A DNA stretch of 64,000 nucleotides from Lytechinus pictus (taxonomy: Eukaryota): assembly GCF_037042905.1 (NCBI RefSeq), contig NC_087251.1, positions 28,212,001 through 28,276,000 of the forward strand. The letters are read 5' to 3'. Positions 13,401-27,915 of this stretch are shown here, piece after piece (positions within the stretch are counted from its first letter, which is position 1; the number at the start of each line of letters is the position of its first letter). Under the pieces are notes generated by a model. It had not been told where the DNA came from. It did not search any database and saw nothing but the letters and a program-made list of their open reading frames with translations. A program made the position numbers and the translations under genes.

Positions 13401-15984
13401 ATTGTACAAGAGTGAACTTCACAAAATGATTTTTTCAATTCATTTGTATTTTGATATTTAAGATTTCGTATGTTTTCTGACAATGTGCTGTATATTTTCC
13501 CCACACTGCATCCTTGAATAATAATCATTGCATTGTGACGCAAGATAGAGGGGATTTACAAAGAGTAATAGGTATAGTTTTTAGGTAATGTTTCTTACAA
13601 TCTTATCAAAAAGAGTTTTTCATCCGAGGATAATTTGAAGTTTGTTCATTTATTTTGCTGAAGTGATTATTGGACCTGGTTTATTAATGTTGACATACGT
13701 TTCATGAAGTTCACTCTTTCCCCCCCAAGAGCTTTGTGAGAATGGAGTAGAAAAGATACACATAAAGGGGCTTCCAAAATTGGTTGCTTGACCGTTTGTG
13801 AGCATTGCTATCATGTAAACAATATAACATATATATAAATATAACCAAATGATCGCACAACCAAGTATGAAAGTCCCTTTAGAGGGTGATTAGAATTCTT
13901 TTTTGCACATGTGCAAAGAATAACCACAGAGAGAGAGAGGGGGTGGAGAGGTGGAAGAAGGAGATGGAGGGGAGAGGGGGTTTGGAACCCCCCTCCCCCT
14001 AAAAAATAATAAATATAAACAAATAAATCAATAAATAGATTATAAAGCAATTTTTTAATAATGAGATGTAAGAGAAGATATTAGAGAGAGGAGTGAGGAA
14101 GAGATGAGAGAACAAGGAGTGAGAAAAGGAAATAGAAAAGATGAGATGAGATTGTTTGATGGAGAAGAATGACGGTCATGGGTTATTAAATTGGATATGA
14201 TCGAGGTAGAGTTAAAGCCCAACATCGATCAGGTGAGAACCGTTAATAATGAAAGAGAAGAAATGATGAATGAAAATACGAAAAATTTGAAGGGAGAGGA
14301 GGGGGAGATCAATTTGAATGAAACAAGAATAAATACAAGTAGCCAAAAGGAGGTGTAACACTATTATTTAATGGTCAATCTTTTGATATTGCTACATGCA
14401 ATAAAGTCTTCTTTATCAGATGATACAAAATGTTCAATTTTTTAACAATGCTTGACTGGACACTGACCCTTGTTGCTCAGGGTGTCAAAAAATGACTTTC
14501 GCCAAAATGAAGCAAATGTGCACAGTTGAAGCAGCAGTGTGAATGAAGTAGGTTCCTCCGCCCAATCAGATGACTTGCCCATTTGCATTCATTTGTGATT
14601 ATGTTGGAATTATGAGTCAAATTATTATGATTGTAATATTCTATATATGTTGTGCTTAGTTGAATACTGATGGATAATTATCTTTAAGATCTTCCAAGGA
14701 ATACATGAAAATGAATACAAATAGTTATCAGCGTTTTTAATGAGATGGTTTCATTCATTTTGACTATGAAAAAAGCAGAAAGGAATTATATAAAAATCAC
14801 TTTATAAGAAGATATTGCATATTGAGCAATAGAAAATAATCAATCAGTTGTAATGATTAAATCACCGATATTGATTTGTCTAACTTCTCCTTATTTTGTG
14901 TACTTCGAGTAAGAAGTTTGGTCACGCTCTTGCTTAAAGTGAAAATGTTATTACACATAACTTATCCCCAATCATGCATAAATTGAATGGGTACAACAAA
15001 TACATCCACATAACCATAATGTATGCAAGGACCAATTATTTGATTGAGTATTCAATCCAGACTACTGCTTAATTTATGTCTTTCATCTTGGCGCAAGCCG
15101 TTTTTTTTTTACCTCTTGGACAAAAAGGTCATCTGATAGAGAAGACTTTAAAACAGTTATCAATATAAAAAAATCTCCTTCATATTCAGATTATTAATTT
15201 TGTCAGGCTTTTTCCAGAAATGTGGCATTTGTTTTACCAAAGTGATAAAAATACTATTAAAATGCATGGAAAGTATTCAGGGATGTTTTAGGATCAGGAT
15301 ATACATACCTGTTTCATTTGACTAAAAACAATATCTGTTGATTGCTTCATTTTTCGGAGAGGATACTTTTAGACAGAAATTGATTTTACAACGTTTGAAT
15401 GTTAACTGTCTTAAAATGTAGGCGGATTTTGGGCAAATTGAACATTCTAAATTTCTTGCATATATACATACACACACGCACACAAGTTTTCTCATAGACA
15501 AAAAAAATAGTAATCAAGTAATGTCAAAATGCATACAAATGCCGAATTTTGAAAGGACAATAATTTTTTGGACCAAAATTGACACTCCATTTTTTGGTTG
15601 ATAGTCACAACAAAAATCAAATTACCTGAAGCTTTGGAGGTTTTCATTTTTTGAATAATCAAATTTCATTAATCAAAACTGAATGGTTGGTAAAATGATT
15701 GGTCAAACAATCCCGAATGATTTTATAATATTCAACGGGGACTCAAAATTAGAAGAAAAAATGGGAGGGGGGACGAAAGTAAATTTTGCCATAAAATGAC
15801 ATATATCGTAAATTTTGAGAGATAAACGTATATTTCATTTTTTTTCTCTTGCAGGTTGCTCTGACAGTGCCATCTTTGATTTGAGATAATATTACATATA
15901 TTTTTATAATGTACAGAATACCCTTTTAAACATACCCTGAATGTAAAACAACCCTTCATAAAAACTTAATAAGCACACACTTAT

Positions 15985-16083
15985 ATAATAATAATAATAA
16001 TATATGTGATTTGTAATGCGCCAAATCCACTCGGCAGAGTGCCCAAGGCGCAGTGAAAGAAGAAAGAAAGAACGAAAGAGAAA
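15985..16083 (-). mobile_element. 5'-truncated 3' tail of an L2-like LINE
   Basis: Near-identical reverse complement of 37130-37223 (CACTGCGCCTTGGGCACTCTGCCGAGTGGATTTGGCGCATTACAAATCAC-(ATT)n). Confidence 0.8.
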
Positions 16084-17811
16084 CCATTATTAAAATCATA
16101 ATTGCTTTCGGATAATTAGGAATGATGTAATTTGTCATTGTGAGTGGCTAGAATTATCAGAGGCTCATAAATCGGGTCATTAAGACTGATGTCTCACATG
16201 ACTCTACATTAGAAAGTATTCAAACCTGACCCATCCTAACATAATTACCATGAAAATTATCACAATCCTAAATTTGCAACTCATACAGTGCGAACAAAAA
16301 AATCATATTTGTAAAAACTCCTTCATACTTTTAAACAGAATTTTGACAGTTTTTTCCCCAAAATGTAATGGTTTGATTGACACACACTGTACATATGTAG
16401 TTTTCATGGGCCTATAGACGTGATCAAGGTGGCCAAAATAACAAAAGTGTTTTTAAAGTATACTATTAATAAAAACTTCTGCACAAATTTTAGGTTTCAT
16501 AACACATCCATACCGATTAAGGTTAAGATTTGAAGTTTTTTTCGAATAAAACGAAATGTTATCGATCATGACAATTTAAATTTTCACTTATTTTTCACAA
16601 AACAATTATATGCACAACTCAGTGATATGCAAATGAGAGTCGATGATGTCTCTCTCTATTTTTTTTTATTTTTCATCGTTTGAATTACACAATATTGCAA
16701 TTTTAATGGATTTGAAAATAATAAGCAACTTGACTGAACAAAAAAATGTTAAAACAATGGTAATTCCACGTGTTCAGGGAGAAATAAATCTTTGTTTCAC
16801 GTGACAATGATTAAATTAAAATAGTTCATATTAAATGTAATGAAATGTAGAAGAAACAGTAAGTGGGTGACATCATCAGTTCCCTCATTTGCATACCGAC
16901 CAGGATGTGCATAACTACTTTGTGAAATTAAGCGAAAACATAAATGTCATAACTTTCTTATTTTACACCGGATTTTGATGAAATTTTCAAGGATTTTTCT
17001 CCTTTTCTTAAAATCAACATTTTGTTGGGGTGGAGTTGTCTTTTAAGAATAACAGTGAGTAAATCCCGCTTAAGTATTTCATTTTGAGTTTTTTTGTGAT
17101 GTTTACCCCCCCCCCTTTTTTTTTTTTGACCAGGCAATTTGTCAGTTAGGCCTGACCATATGATAATGGGCCAAAACTGTTGAAATTAATGAGGAATAGG
17201 AACCACCGCATACTTCTTTCACATCAAAACCGTAAATACGATTAATTACTTCATCATATTTTGGAAAATAGAATTATTAAACTGTAATCTACGGTAAACT
17301 TATGGCTTAAATGACCATTGCAGTCATGATTCTGCCTGTGAAACTACTCTGTAAAAAATCTGGGTTTATTTCTACAACGGATAATATTTTGAATTTCGCT
17401 GGTGTTATAAAAGCATTTTTTGAAATTACTTTATCCTAACTGTGGTCAAATAGGTGATTTTAGGTACAAAATTAACCGGAATTGCAAGAGTGACTTGATA
17501 GTAGTTAATGAAACTGATATTTTTGGAATCAGGTTGTCAATCCTTAACCAGCAAAAATTCTGATAAGGCACCCTATTTCCTCAACTATATTGATTGCTGT
17601 TTATAATTTTAGATAGTAAATCATATTGTTACCATAAAAAACGGATGTGTTTTTTAATCTTTCCATCTGAATTTTCGTTAGAAAATATATTTCTTGAATA
17701 AATCATTATATATGAAAAATGCACAGAGGCCATTTACCTTTTCCTCAAAATATGGAATTGACTTTTTTGTTTCCATGTAATTTAAATCTGCATAATTGAT
17801 CATCACACTTT

Positions 17812-18450
17812 GATCACACTGTGCTGAACAAATGCCACATAGTGGAAACCTTCTTCACAGTGTGGTTCCTCAGTGGAACCATATGAACACACTGTGCTGA
17901 ACGAATGACACACTATGACTATCTTCCTCACAGTGTGGTCACTGTAACTATATGAACACACTGTACTGAACAAATAAACTACAGTAACTATCTTCCTCAC
18001 AGTGTGGTCAGTGTGTGTAACTATATGAACACATTGTGCTGAACGAATGATACACTGTGGCTATCTTCCTCACAATGTGGTCACTGTGTGGAATTATATG
18101 AACACGATGTACTCAATGAATGACACGCTGTGGCTATCTTCATAAAAGACACAGAATGGTTTTTACCTTCACTGCGTGGGCATGCATTGTGTGAACACAC
18201 TGACAAATGAATTTGACAGAGTTGAAAATTTTTTTTTTTAATAGGTTGACTCTGTGCGGAACACAGTGTAAGTCGTCACAGCGAAGTTAACTGTGTGGCA
18301 ACTATTTCTCATCAGTTTTTTTACACACGCATTTTTGTCACAGTGTGGACACACAAGTGTTCATACATTTGACTTTGTGATTACACACTGTGTTCATCAT
18401 ACAGTTGACAATGTGTATGCTATATGAACAAACTGTGTTCACACGATTGA
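17812..18450. repeat. Minisatellite of ~60-bp units, about 5 clear copies plus degenerate ones
   Basis: Recurrent CACACTGTGCTGAACGAATG...TATCTTCCTCACAGTGTGGTCA...TATATGAA. Related degenerate sequence at ~57630-57790. Confidence 0.85.
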
Positions 18451-21400
18451 CTATGAGACTTCATCGACCAAAGTCCATCGCCCAGACATGCCCTAGCCCC
18501 TAGCTACTCCTTCTCATTGTAAAATTGGCCGCTTTCTTGTTGGAAATTGAATTGGCTAGTCAAGACATCAGACCTCATTCTCGTCGTAACATACCCACAC
18601 TCGGATGCCTTCAAAACAACATTCCAATATCCAACTGATTCATCATCACCTCTTGATGAAAACCTGCGCCATTCCTCGATGACCACGCCGCATAGGTCCA
18701 TGGTGAAGTGTACTCGAGTTAAGACCTATTCCACTTCCAATTTTGGCTCTAGATGGATTAGCTGGAATTCGATCGTATTCACTGTAGTAGACGTCTTGAT
18801 CGATACCAGGTTAATTCTTGATCTGATGTAAAAACAAAACAAATAAGAAAAGAAGTGAAACAGTCTTATACATATCTTCCGTTTCTTGTTTATGTCATGC
18901 AACAAAATAACAGACCAAGGACCAATAGAGTTTCATAGAGTTACAACTAGCCAACGGTATTTTTTTTAATTATGGGAACTACAACTACCATGCTAACAAA
19001 ACTCAGCAGCCAATCACATAAAGGTTTCCAAGGTGTAGTAACAAGATAACATAGTTCTTAACATTTGATAATTTTTTTTAATCTGGTGTGACCCCTGAAA
19101 ATTTTGATTCCTATATAATTATACAGAGCTTAATACAACCCATACCCACGCTAATTATAAACGAAGTTTGAAGGGGAGGAGGAATCGTGGTAATAAGGTC
19201 AGGCGATTGGGCGGACGGTCCGTTGCAAATATTGCCGAGCGATCGAAGTGCTTCATCAGTTTTTAAACAATTCTCATAAAATTTGGCACAAACTTTGGTC
19301 TTGAGACAAAGATATATATGTTTCGCATGTGTCAGAAATTGCAATGCTATGGTAACAGCATATTATGGAACATGTCATTAGATACAAATCTTGCGGATCG
19401 AACCATCTCCTCCGCTCATGGTTTTGACCAATGCTCCTGTAATCTGGCACAAACATCGGTCTTTGGGTAAAGACATACAATACATATTTTTCAAATGTGT
19501 TGGAAGTTTTGTTGACATGGTAATATATGATTTTTTCATAAATTTCTAGTCAAAATTTAAAAATCTGTGTAAAAAAATGGTAAAGCTCATGTAGCTCTAG
19601 AAGTTTTTTGTGAATTTGTAAAACAGCTAGTGCATAAAATAATAAGTTTACTTATAATATGAGTTTCAAACTTCTCTGTAGAAGTTTTAGATCCCTAGTG
19701 TTATCATTAAAGAAAATTGGAATTGATCACCAAATTAATATAGTTGGTCTAGTAATCAGATAGCCCGATTATAAATGGGTTAAACCCTATTTGGTCTATT
19801 TGTTGTTTGGTCTACCTTGTACCCTTTGTCTACTTATTGCGTTTTACTTTGTCAAATAAATATTTGGTTCATGAACAGTTCATCTAACCATAAACGCCTA
19901 AATGTTGTTAGACTAAGCGGATCTTATGGGTATAGCCTTACTGTAAATAAGACAAAGTGATAAATGGGCTTAATGGCAATTAGACCAAATGGTTAGTAGA
20001 CGATCAGGTTGTTAGACGAATTATGTTTAAATGAAGGATGGAAATACAAAATAGACGAAATGGTTGTACTCCAATTGGCGATTACCGAAGTACAATATTC
20101 ACCTGAGAGATTTTGATGAGCGTCACTCCAAATTGTACCACGTGATCATACCTGATGCAGCAGTGATGAGCCATATTCCCACTAGGATAATTCGACTCAT
20201 GAAAGACTCTTTCCGGCCTCCTCTCTGTTTGAACATTTTAAACAATATAGAAAAGGGAGTTCAGTTCAAGTTTATTTATTTCCTTGCCATAAAAAGTGAG
20301 TTACATTATGTACAATAATCAAAGCAACACATTAGAGCAAAGAATAAACGTTAGAATGTTTGGAAACACGATCGGATTTAGTATAGTCCCGCGTCACAGG
20401 CCCCTTAGGCCGATGGGGGGGGGGGGAGAAAATGGGAAGTAATTGTGTCCACATTCATACAATTTATTGGGGGAAAGAGAGCTTATTTATTTTTTGCTCA
20501 TTTTCGTCATCTTTCTCCTATTCTCCCCATATCTGTCATACAGATTTTTTTTCTGTACAATTCAACTAATGAAAACGAAATGGATTCATCACAGATATTC
20601 TCAAATACTTTTGAGAAATCTGAATAAGTTTAGTACAAGCTCACCTATATTGATTATATCAGTATATGCCCACATTGAAGACACCATCGTATCCCAGAAA
20701 ATCAAAGGTAAGACCAGTCGCACTGAGAAAAAAATAAGTTGAAAATCAATGAAAATGATCTGCCAACCACATACTGTATAGGTATTACAATTACTTTGTT
20801 CATTTCTATATTACTAGTATCATGCTTGAAATCACCACTATAATTAATATAATTTTCATTATTATCATTATTATTAGTATTGTGTTATTCATTATGATTA
20901 CTATTATTTTTTTTATCATTATAACTGTTATTGATATTTATTTTTAAGTATCACCTTTATTCAAAACAAAACAAAGGGAAGTTACATACAATGAAAACAA
21001 GTCCAGTTTATTTGTTTTTTAGGACGAAGTAATGGACTAATAAAAGAATTACAGATACATGCACAATATATGACATATAACAATAAAATTTACATAAAGC
21101 AATTATACATTGGTGATTGCAGAAAAGAAAAATTGAAATGGTAAATCATGCGCACACCCTTACAACTAAACTAGAGAGAGCAAGAAATGTTATTGATTAA
21201 TATTGTTCAAATTTTAGCCATGAATCATTTTGGAACTTGATTATTCACAACGGTTTCAGGTAATAAATTCCAATCTATTTATAAGTGTTCGAGGAAGGTA
21301 AGATATTTAAAACTGTTTTCTTTTGAAATGATTCGATGTATATAATTTGATAATGGTGAGATATTCTGGTTCGACTGGTGACAGCTAGAGTAGATTCTAG

Positions 21401-24299
21401 TGGTGTAAAGAGCCAAAAAAATTGAGGGGTGCCAGATACGGCGTAGCGGGGTCAAAATTATAAAAAGTTGGGAGCAAGCGAAGTAAGCGAGCAAAAATTT
21501 AGACATTTTTATTAGGAAAATCCAGTTTTATGATAGACTTTGATATAGTATTCAGAAAATGATGTATATTACCCTTCTCTCTTTCATTTTCTTTCTCTTT
21601 TCTTTCCTTGGTCGTGATTTTTATTTTTTATTTGGGGGCAGACGCCCCCAAGCCCCCCATCTGTACGCCACTCGTATATACAGAAGGTCCCGGACTGGAA
21701 TGGAAAGATAGCCTTCATCTGCTTTAGAGAAGGTTGTCAGTTTTCTCATGTCGACAAAATTTGTATTAAAAAAAATGAAAACAAAATCATAAAACAAAAT
21801 CTTAACTAGCACATCAATGATGTGGTGCTCGTCCGCCACATGACAAAGAAATGAACGCACTTTTAATCTCAACTAGGTTGACACTGTAGTGAATGAAAAA
21901 AAAAAAGTTTTTCATATAGGTTAAATATACTGTGGAAGCGCCTGATAGAATATGATAGAATGTTGTTTTGACATCTGCATAACTTGGTATATTAAATTAA
22001 TTTCAAAATTATGTTAAGTTTTGTATAGTGGTTTCATATGAAGCAAATATAATCGAAGTCGATCAAAAAATGGAAAAGCAGAGTTTAAAAAAAAAAAATT
22101 CGCATAAATTAGTATATCTAATGAGTTTTTTAAAAGAAATCTGTGTAGAAGAATTTCCCACCTAGTGTTATCAAATGGAGCAATGAACCTAAAACTGATA
22201 TGAAATGAAGATGATTTTTTTTTTAAATGCACATAAATAACCATACTAAATGCCTCTGAAAATTATGTGTCGAAGTTGTGTATCCCCTACTTAGTATTTT
22301 ATTGCTATCATATAATACAAACGAAATTGAAAGTGATCATCATAATTACGAAAGAGAAGATGCATTACTTTAAACGATTTTTTTTTTGCATTAACATGGA
22401 TTATTTTCTATTCAAAATTTCAAAATAAAAGTTTGGTGATCGACAAAATAATAAATGAGCAGAAGCATTTTAGGGGATATTTTAATAGATTTCGCATAAA
22501 ATATTGCGTAAATAATTTTCTAGTCAGAATCTAAGAATTCTGTGTAGAAGGCTGAATGGACTGAAAAAGGGACGTAAATGAAGAAAATTACTTTACAAAT
22601 TTCACAAACATTTAGCAGGCTAAGCTATATTTTATTTCATTTATTTCATTGTATTTACCACAATCAAATAAAATACATTTATATGTTCAAGGTTCACGGT
22701 TCAAGGTTTATTCACATCAACATCTCACATTTTCAGAAAAAAATTCAACAACTCAATACAAACAATAATATTATACAATAAAAATTTTCGTAGTTAGATA
22801 AGCATAAATAAATATCGTAAAATATGAAATGTATACATAATACAACAATAGAAAAAAAGTACTAAAATGTATTCTTGTAACTGGTTCTAAAATAATGACA
22901 AAGAAAGAAAATGAGAGGTGTGAATATATGAGGGAGCCAAAAGTAAAAGCAAAGCTTGTTGGTTTAAGGCTGTACAATCAAGATAAAAATAATCAAAATT
23001 CAAATATCAAAGTACGGCAAAATAAAGATAAAATGTAGAAAGTAAAGGATGTGGATGGGGTGGGATGCACAGCATATGTGATATACAAATGGGATAACCG
23101 ATGGTGGCATGCTCTTACTCTTTCTGTTTTTATTTGTTTTATGATAGAGTATTGTCATTTTGCAGTTTTGACAATAAGCATGATAAGTATACCGAGGGTG
23201 TCATACCCAAACGTTTTCGTTAGCGTATGCCGACGTGTGTAGACGATAAGTGGTATTCTGATAATTAAACCCAGCTTTAACCCATTAATCTCTATGGTTT
23301 AACCCTAGTCTAAACCACTTGCTCACTGCATGGTCCATGCTCACTGCAACCATCCTGCCTGTGGGGAATCTACAGTAAGGACTATGGTATGCCAATGCTG
23401 TACACAGCACACACTTTAAAAAATCATTAAGATATCACTTTTGTGCTCAAAAATAGTAATTTTTGTACAGTTGCAATTTATTTTTCATTAGTAACTTGGT
23501 AATAATTTTTTGCATTCACCAGAACGCTAAAAAACTTGAATTTGGGGCATATTTTTGTGTACGCCCTTTATTGATGGAAAGTAATATGGCAAGAAAATTT
23601 TCATTTTTCAATCTCTATTTTTAAGAAAAAATAATTCAAAGAATCAAATTTACTTAAGAGCCAAGTTATATGATGATTATCTGTAATGGAAACTGATAGT
23701 GTAAAAAAAATCAAGCATTCGTCCAAAAGAAAAAGAGAAAATAAGCCAAACATTTCCAACCTTATTTTGCCACACATGGAGATGTAACAGAGAATAAGGT
23801 TATATCATAACCTTGTTCATTGAATGAGTGGTCTAAACCAGAATTGTAAAACCTCACCTCTATGGAGTGCTAAGCTTCACAATATTTCTTCCATATCCGC
23901 GACAATTATAATGTGTCAAGTAATTTATTAAAATTCACAATAATTTTTACTTTCTTATTCTTTCCATTTCACAACTCAATTAATTCTTTGTCAATTTTTT
24001 GCAGCAGGATAAGAATCATTTTAAATTGGTGAATGAGTTAACAAATGGCACTCCATAAAATTTTGGTCTAAGTTAAACCATGACCATCAGAATACAATGA
24101 GTCTTTGTTTAAATAACATTTCTTGATATCAGAATTTTTGCTTTTTATTAAAAACTATGATTTCTCCATAATAAAGAATCATATTTTTTCATATTCTATC
24201 GTGTAAGTAAAATGCCGTTCTTGCTTTCAAGAATGGAATGCTTGATTACAAAAAAAAAAGAATTAAGGGAGAAAATGACTGTCTACACGTGCAGTGATT

Positions 24300-24490
24300 C
24301 GGCATGTAAAAACGTTGTTTAAATCTTTGAGCATGTTGTTTGAGCTCGTCACTCTAACAACTATTGTTTAATCGTCTAAACAATTGTTCATGACAATTAG
24401 TTTAAAAGTTTACAACTTGGTAAGCAACAGTTGTTAGAGTGATGGGCTTAAACAACGTGCTTAAAATTTAAACAACATTTTTATATGCTG
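24300..24490. mobile_element. Small palindromic MITE-like inverted repeat
   Basis: GCATGTAAAAACGTTGTTTAAAT...TCACTCTAACAACTATTG pairs with CAACAGTTGTTAGAGTGA...ATTTAAACAACATTTTTATATGC. Confidence 0.65.
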
Positions 24491-26341
24491 GCTAAAATTA
24501 ACGTCCAGATGTGACCTTTCCAAAAGCTCTTCATAGAACATGTTGAATGATTTCATACTTTATGGCAGTTCCATATGTTCAGGGAAATCGAACCATTTCA
24601 TTTAAAGGGGGATTCATATTTCATAAAGTAAAAAAAAATAGTGAATGGGTAACGTTATTCGTTCCTTCAGTTTATACTGACCAGGAAGTGCATAACTATT
24701 ATGTGTAATCAAACGCAACTTTAAAAAAAATAGTTTGTTATACTCCACATCTGATTTAAAGAAATTTTCAGTATCATGTTTTCGTTCTCTCTTTTTATTA
24801 AAATAGACTTTTTGATGGCGTGGATTGAGCCGAAATAAGTACTTTCCAGAATTTTTCTTAATCCTTTTGATCTGGGCTCGTTCCATAAAGACTTAAAATT
24901 ATGTTAGCTTTGTCATTATGACAGGCAACTACCATGACAACAGCTCGGGCAGCCAGCTAACCAAAATCAAAGTTTTCCACAATACCTACATAATTATGAA
25001 ACAGGCCCCTGAACAATTGTATTTTTATTAATGAATGCACATTTTATCTATACAAAGAAACCAATTTTCACTACCGAAAAAATCCTTCATATACTTTATC
25101 ATATCTATATAAAAACATATCTTCTGACATGAGCAAGTCTTCTCTTGTCTCTTGACAACGAGACTGTGCCATAACATCATGCAGTGTAAATCTATAATCT
25201 TGTGAAATTTTCCCCGAATTTGCAAAAATTTGTACTTTTAAATAATCTCAGCAAACCTCATTTTTTGTAATGGTGTGACTTCATTTTGTATAACAGGCTT
25301 TGGCAAACACCGATTTCTTGCACTCATTCAATGAACAAGGTTATGATATATGGAACCGTTTTGAGAAGATTCCAAAAGTTGTTAACATTGTTTTAATTAA
25401 GATAGTTACTTCACTTACCTTGTCTTGTCTTGTCTTTCCTTTAATGCCCACAATCACTATATTGATTATTATGGCATATGAATGTCAAGATTGACTTGTC
25501 GGAATTGTCTAATACCAAACCGATGTTTGAAATCATTTCCTGATGTTTCTATCTTTTCCCCTCATATGCAGTTATATTATCAGGATAAGACATTCTGTCA
25601 GATGTGCAGTTATATGAACACCGGTATCCGCGATCGTTGTGGCGCCTCGGTCGGACATTATTCCTTCTCTCGGCGTTAGAGACAAACCACATGTATTTCT
25701 TAATCCCTGCATAGTAATTAAACCACTGCCCCCAATCCATTGGACTGATCCTCGAAAGCAACACAGAGGGGAAAACAAGATACAACAAGACTTGCATTCC
25801 TTTCGGCAAAATACATTCAGGATCGTCTGTCCATCAGCTATTCAAAATTTCCCGCCATTGTCATCGTGTGCTAGTTTCCACCCCAGTGCATATTGCCATT
25901 GATCTACTGTGAGTTGACATTCGTCCTTTTGTTAATGAATTCATGTATGCTGATTCCATCCGTTCATGTCGTTAAAAAAACATGAGCTGCACGTTTCTTC
26001 AGATTTTTGCAGGCAGAAGACAATAAATTAGTGAAATCATGTGGAGAGCATGCGCAATTTCGCGGATGTCACGGGACGGTTTTGAAAATGGGGGGGGGGG
26101 GGGGGGGGGGGGCTGACCACGCAATGAAAAATCGGTTGTAATTTTCCAACACTTTGTCGGCCTCCATGTTTATTGAAAATCAGGGAGCGGAAGCCTGGTT
26201 ACTCGGCCCCGAGTTAGCTTTGGATATTGGAAGGAGTGAGGGCCGGCTCTCGTTTTTCCCCCAGTTTTTCTTTTAAGATGTATATCAGATATACATATCA
26301 GATTTTGGGGGAACGACTACTTCCTTCCATGGTTCCTTCTT

Positions 26342-26358
26342 AGTGGGAAGTTCCCACT
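26342..26358. promoter_or_regulatory. Palindromic NF-kB-like site
   Basis: AGTGGGAA-G-TTCCCACT, with core GGGAAGTTCCC matching GGGRNNYYCC. Confidence 0.4.
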
Positions 26359-27898
26359 GGCGTAAATCCGGTCCGAGCATTGGGGGATGATAGCAATATA
26401 TTGACCTGAAAATTCAATTTTTTGGTAACATCAACACCCTACATAAAGGGCTATTAATACGGGGGTATATAACCATGTACATATTACTACAATTTTTCAG
26501 TTAAATACATATAACGATTTTTCAATGGCTGTAAAGTAATGAATTACAGTTAATATCAATATGCGAGCGAGCGAAGCGAGCAAATTTTCAGTAGTTTGGA
26601 GACAAAATGGTGTCCAAACACCTCTTTCAAAACAATTATCAGATCACAATGTGTACATTAAAATACCATCTTCCAGTTAAAGGCCTATCATATTTTTTAT
26701 GGCTATATTGGATTTGTTGAGATTTAAATTAACGAATTACAGTAAGTATCAATATGCGAGCAAATTTCAACAGTGGGAAGACAGAATAATGACAAAAGAT
26801 AAAAAGGGGTGTGTAATTATGGGAGGAATGCAGCAAGTGAGCGTGTTGGGCGAGCCTTGAAAAGGTTGCTTCAGTCGTTTAAAAGGATGTGCATATATTA
26901 CAGAGGATGGTAAAGGTAAATTATCAATAATTACAACTTTATAATAAATAGCAAATAAGTATTAATTAAGTCCGTATTTTGTTCAACGGAAGCTCATTTG
27001 CTCACTGATTAAAGATGAGATGAGAATGAAAAAAGGGATCATGATGATCGGTGCTTTATGATATGATTATATGCCATCACAGGCCATAATTTAAACTTCC
27101 AAAAAGGTGGAAATAACACAATGATGCAAATTAAAAGAAAAATATAGCAGAAAGGAAAGATTTTCAATAATCTTTAAGATTATATTGGGAGATGATGTAA
27201 CTGTCAAAATCTCGAACAAAATGCATATTTTAAATATTTTTATATTATGGAATTAATGTGATTTAAAGTATCCTATAAACGGAAATTGTAAAGTGTGTGG
27301 GGAATATTGCTGGTCTAACTTGCTTCTGTGTTCTGTTAACGGCATATTTTAGTCAATTAAACTCATCGTACACTTAACTTGGAGTGTAGAGTATGCCTAT
27401 TTTTTGTACAAAATTATCACCGCTTCCACAAAGACGCTAGGATAGTATAACCCCCCTCCCCCACATTCACGCTATAACGTATTCGAATCATGTTTTGATT
27501 GGTTTATGATCAAAGTTTTAACCATATTTGTTTCATACAATTCATAAATGGACGTATCAACCACATTCTCATGATGCAGAGAATATATTTTTTACAATAT
27601 GCTAAACGCAGGGATTTGTCACGGCCGAAATCTTGTCAGATTAGACTGAACGCGGGAGAGGAGGCGAGTGAGCGAGAAATTTGCATTTTTTAAATATAAA
27701 ATTACATAGAATGCAAAAAATTGCGAATTTAAGCACTTTCACTGCATTTAAAGATAATTGTACGTATTATTAGTAGTATTAATCATTTGATGATTTAAAA
27801 AAAATCGTTTCTGTCTTCAAAGTGCATGGGGGAATGATTGAATATGCCATCCCCCTCTCCGAAAAGTAGGGGGATACACGCCCGGATTTACGCCCGTG
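26355..27898. mobile_element. Non-autonomous TIR element upstream of the TLR
   Basis: Ends CACTGGCGTAAATCCGG...GGGGGATG and CATCCCCC...CCGGATTTACGCCCGTG are inverted. No clear TSD. Confidence 0.5.
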
Positions 27899-27905
27899 GG
27901 TAACT

Positions 27906-27915
27906 GGGAAACCCC
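27906..27915 (+). promoter_or_regulatory. NF-kB-like site ~1.5 kb upstream of the TLR ATG
   Basis: GGGAAACCCC, with GGGAATTTTA and AATATTTCCC within 50 bp. Confidence 0.4.

Noticed and set aside
17812..18140. Regularly spaced repeats resembling a CRISPR array
   Set aside because: Whole units repeat with no unique spacers, the context is eukaryotic and there are no cas genes; it is a minisatellite.
26090..26112. Long poly-G run (and similar G/C runs elsewhere) as functional G-quadruplexes
   Set aside because: Such runs recur near the ends of the non-autonomous elements, and homopolymer lengths are error-prone; no specific evidence of function.
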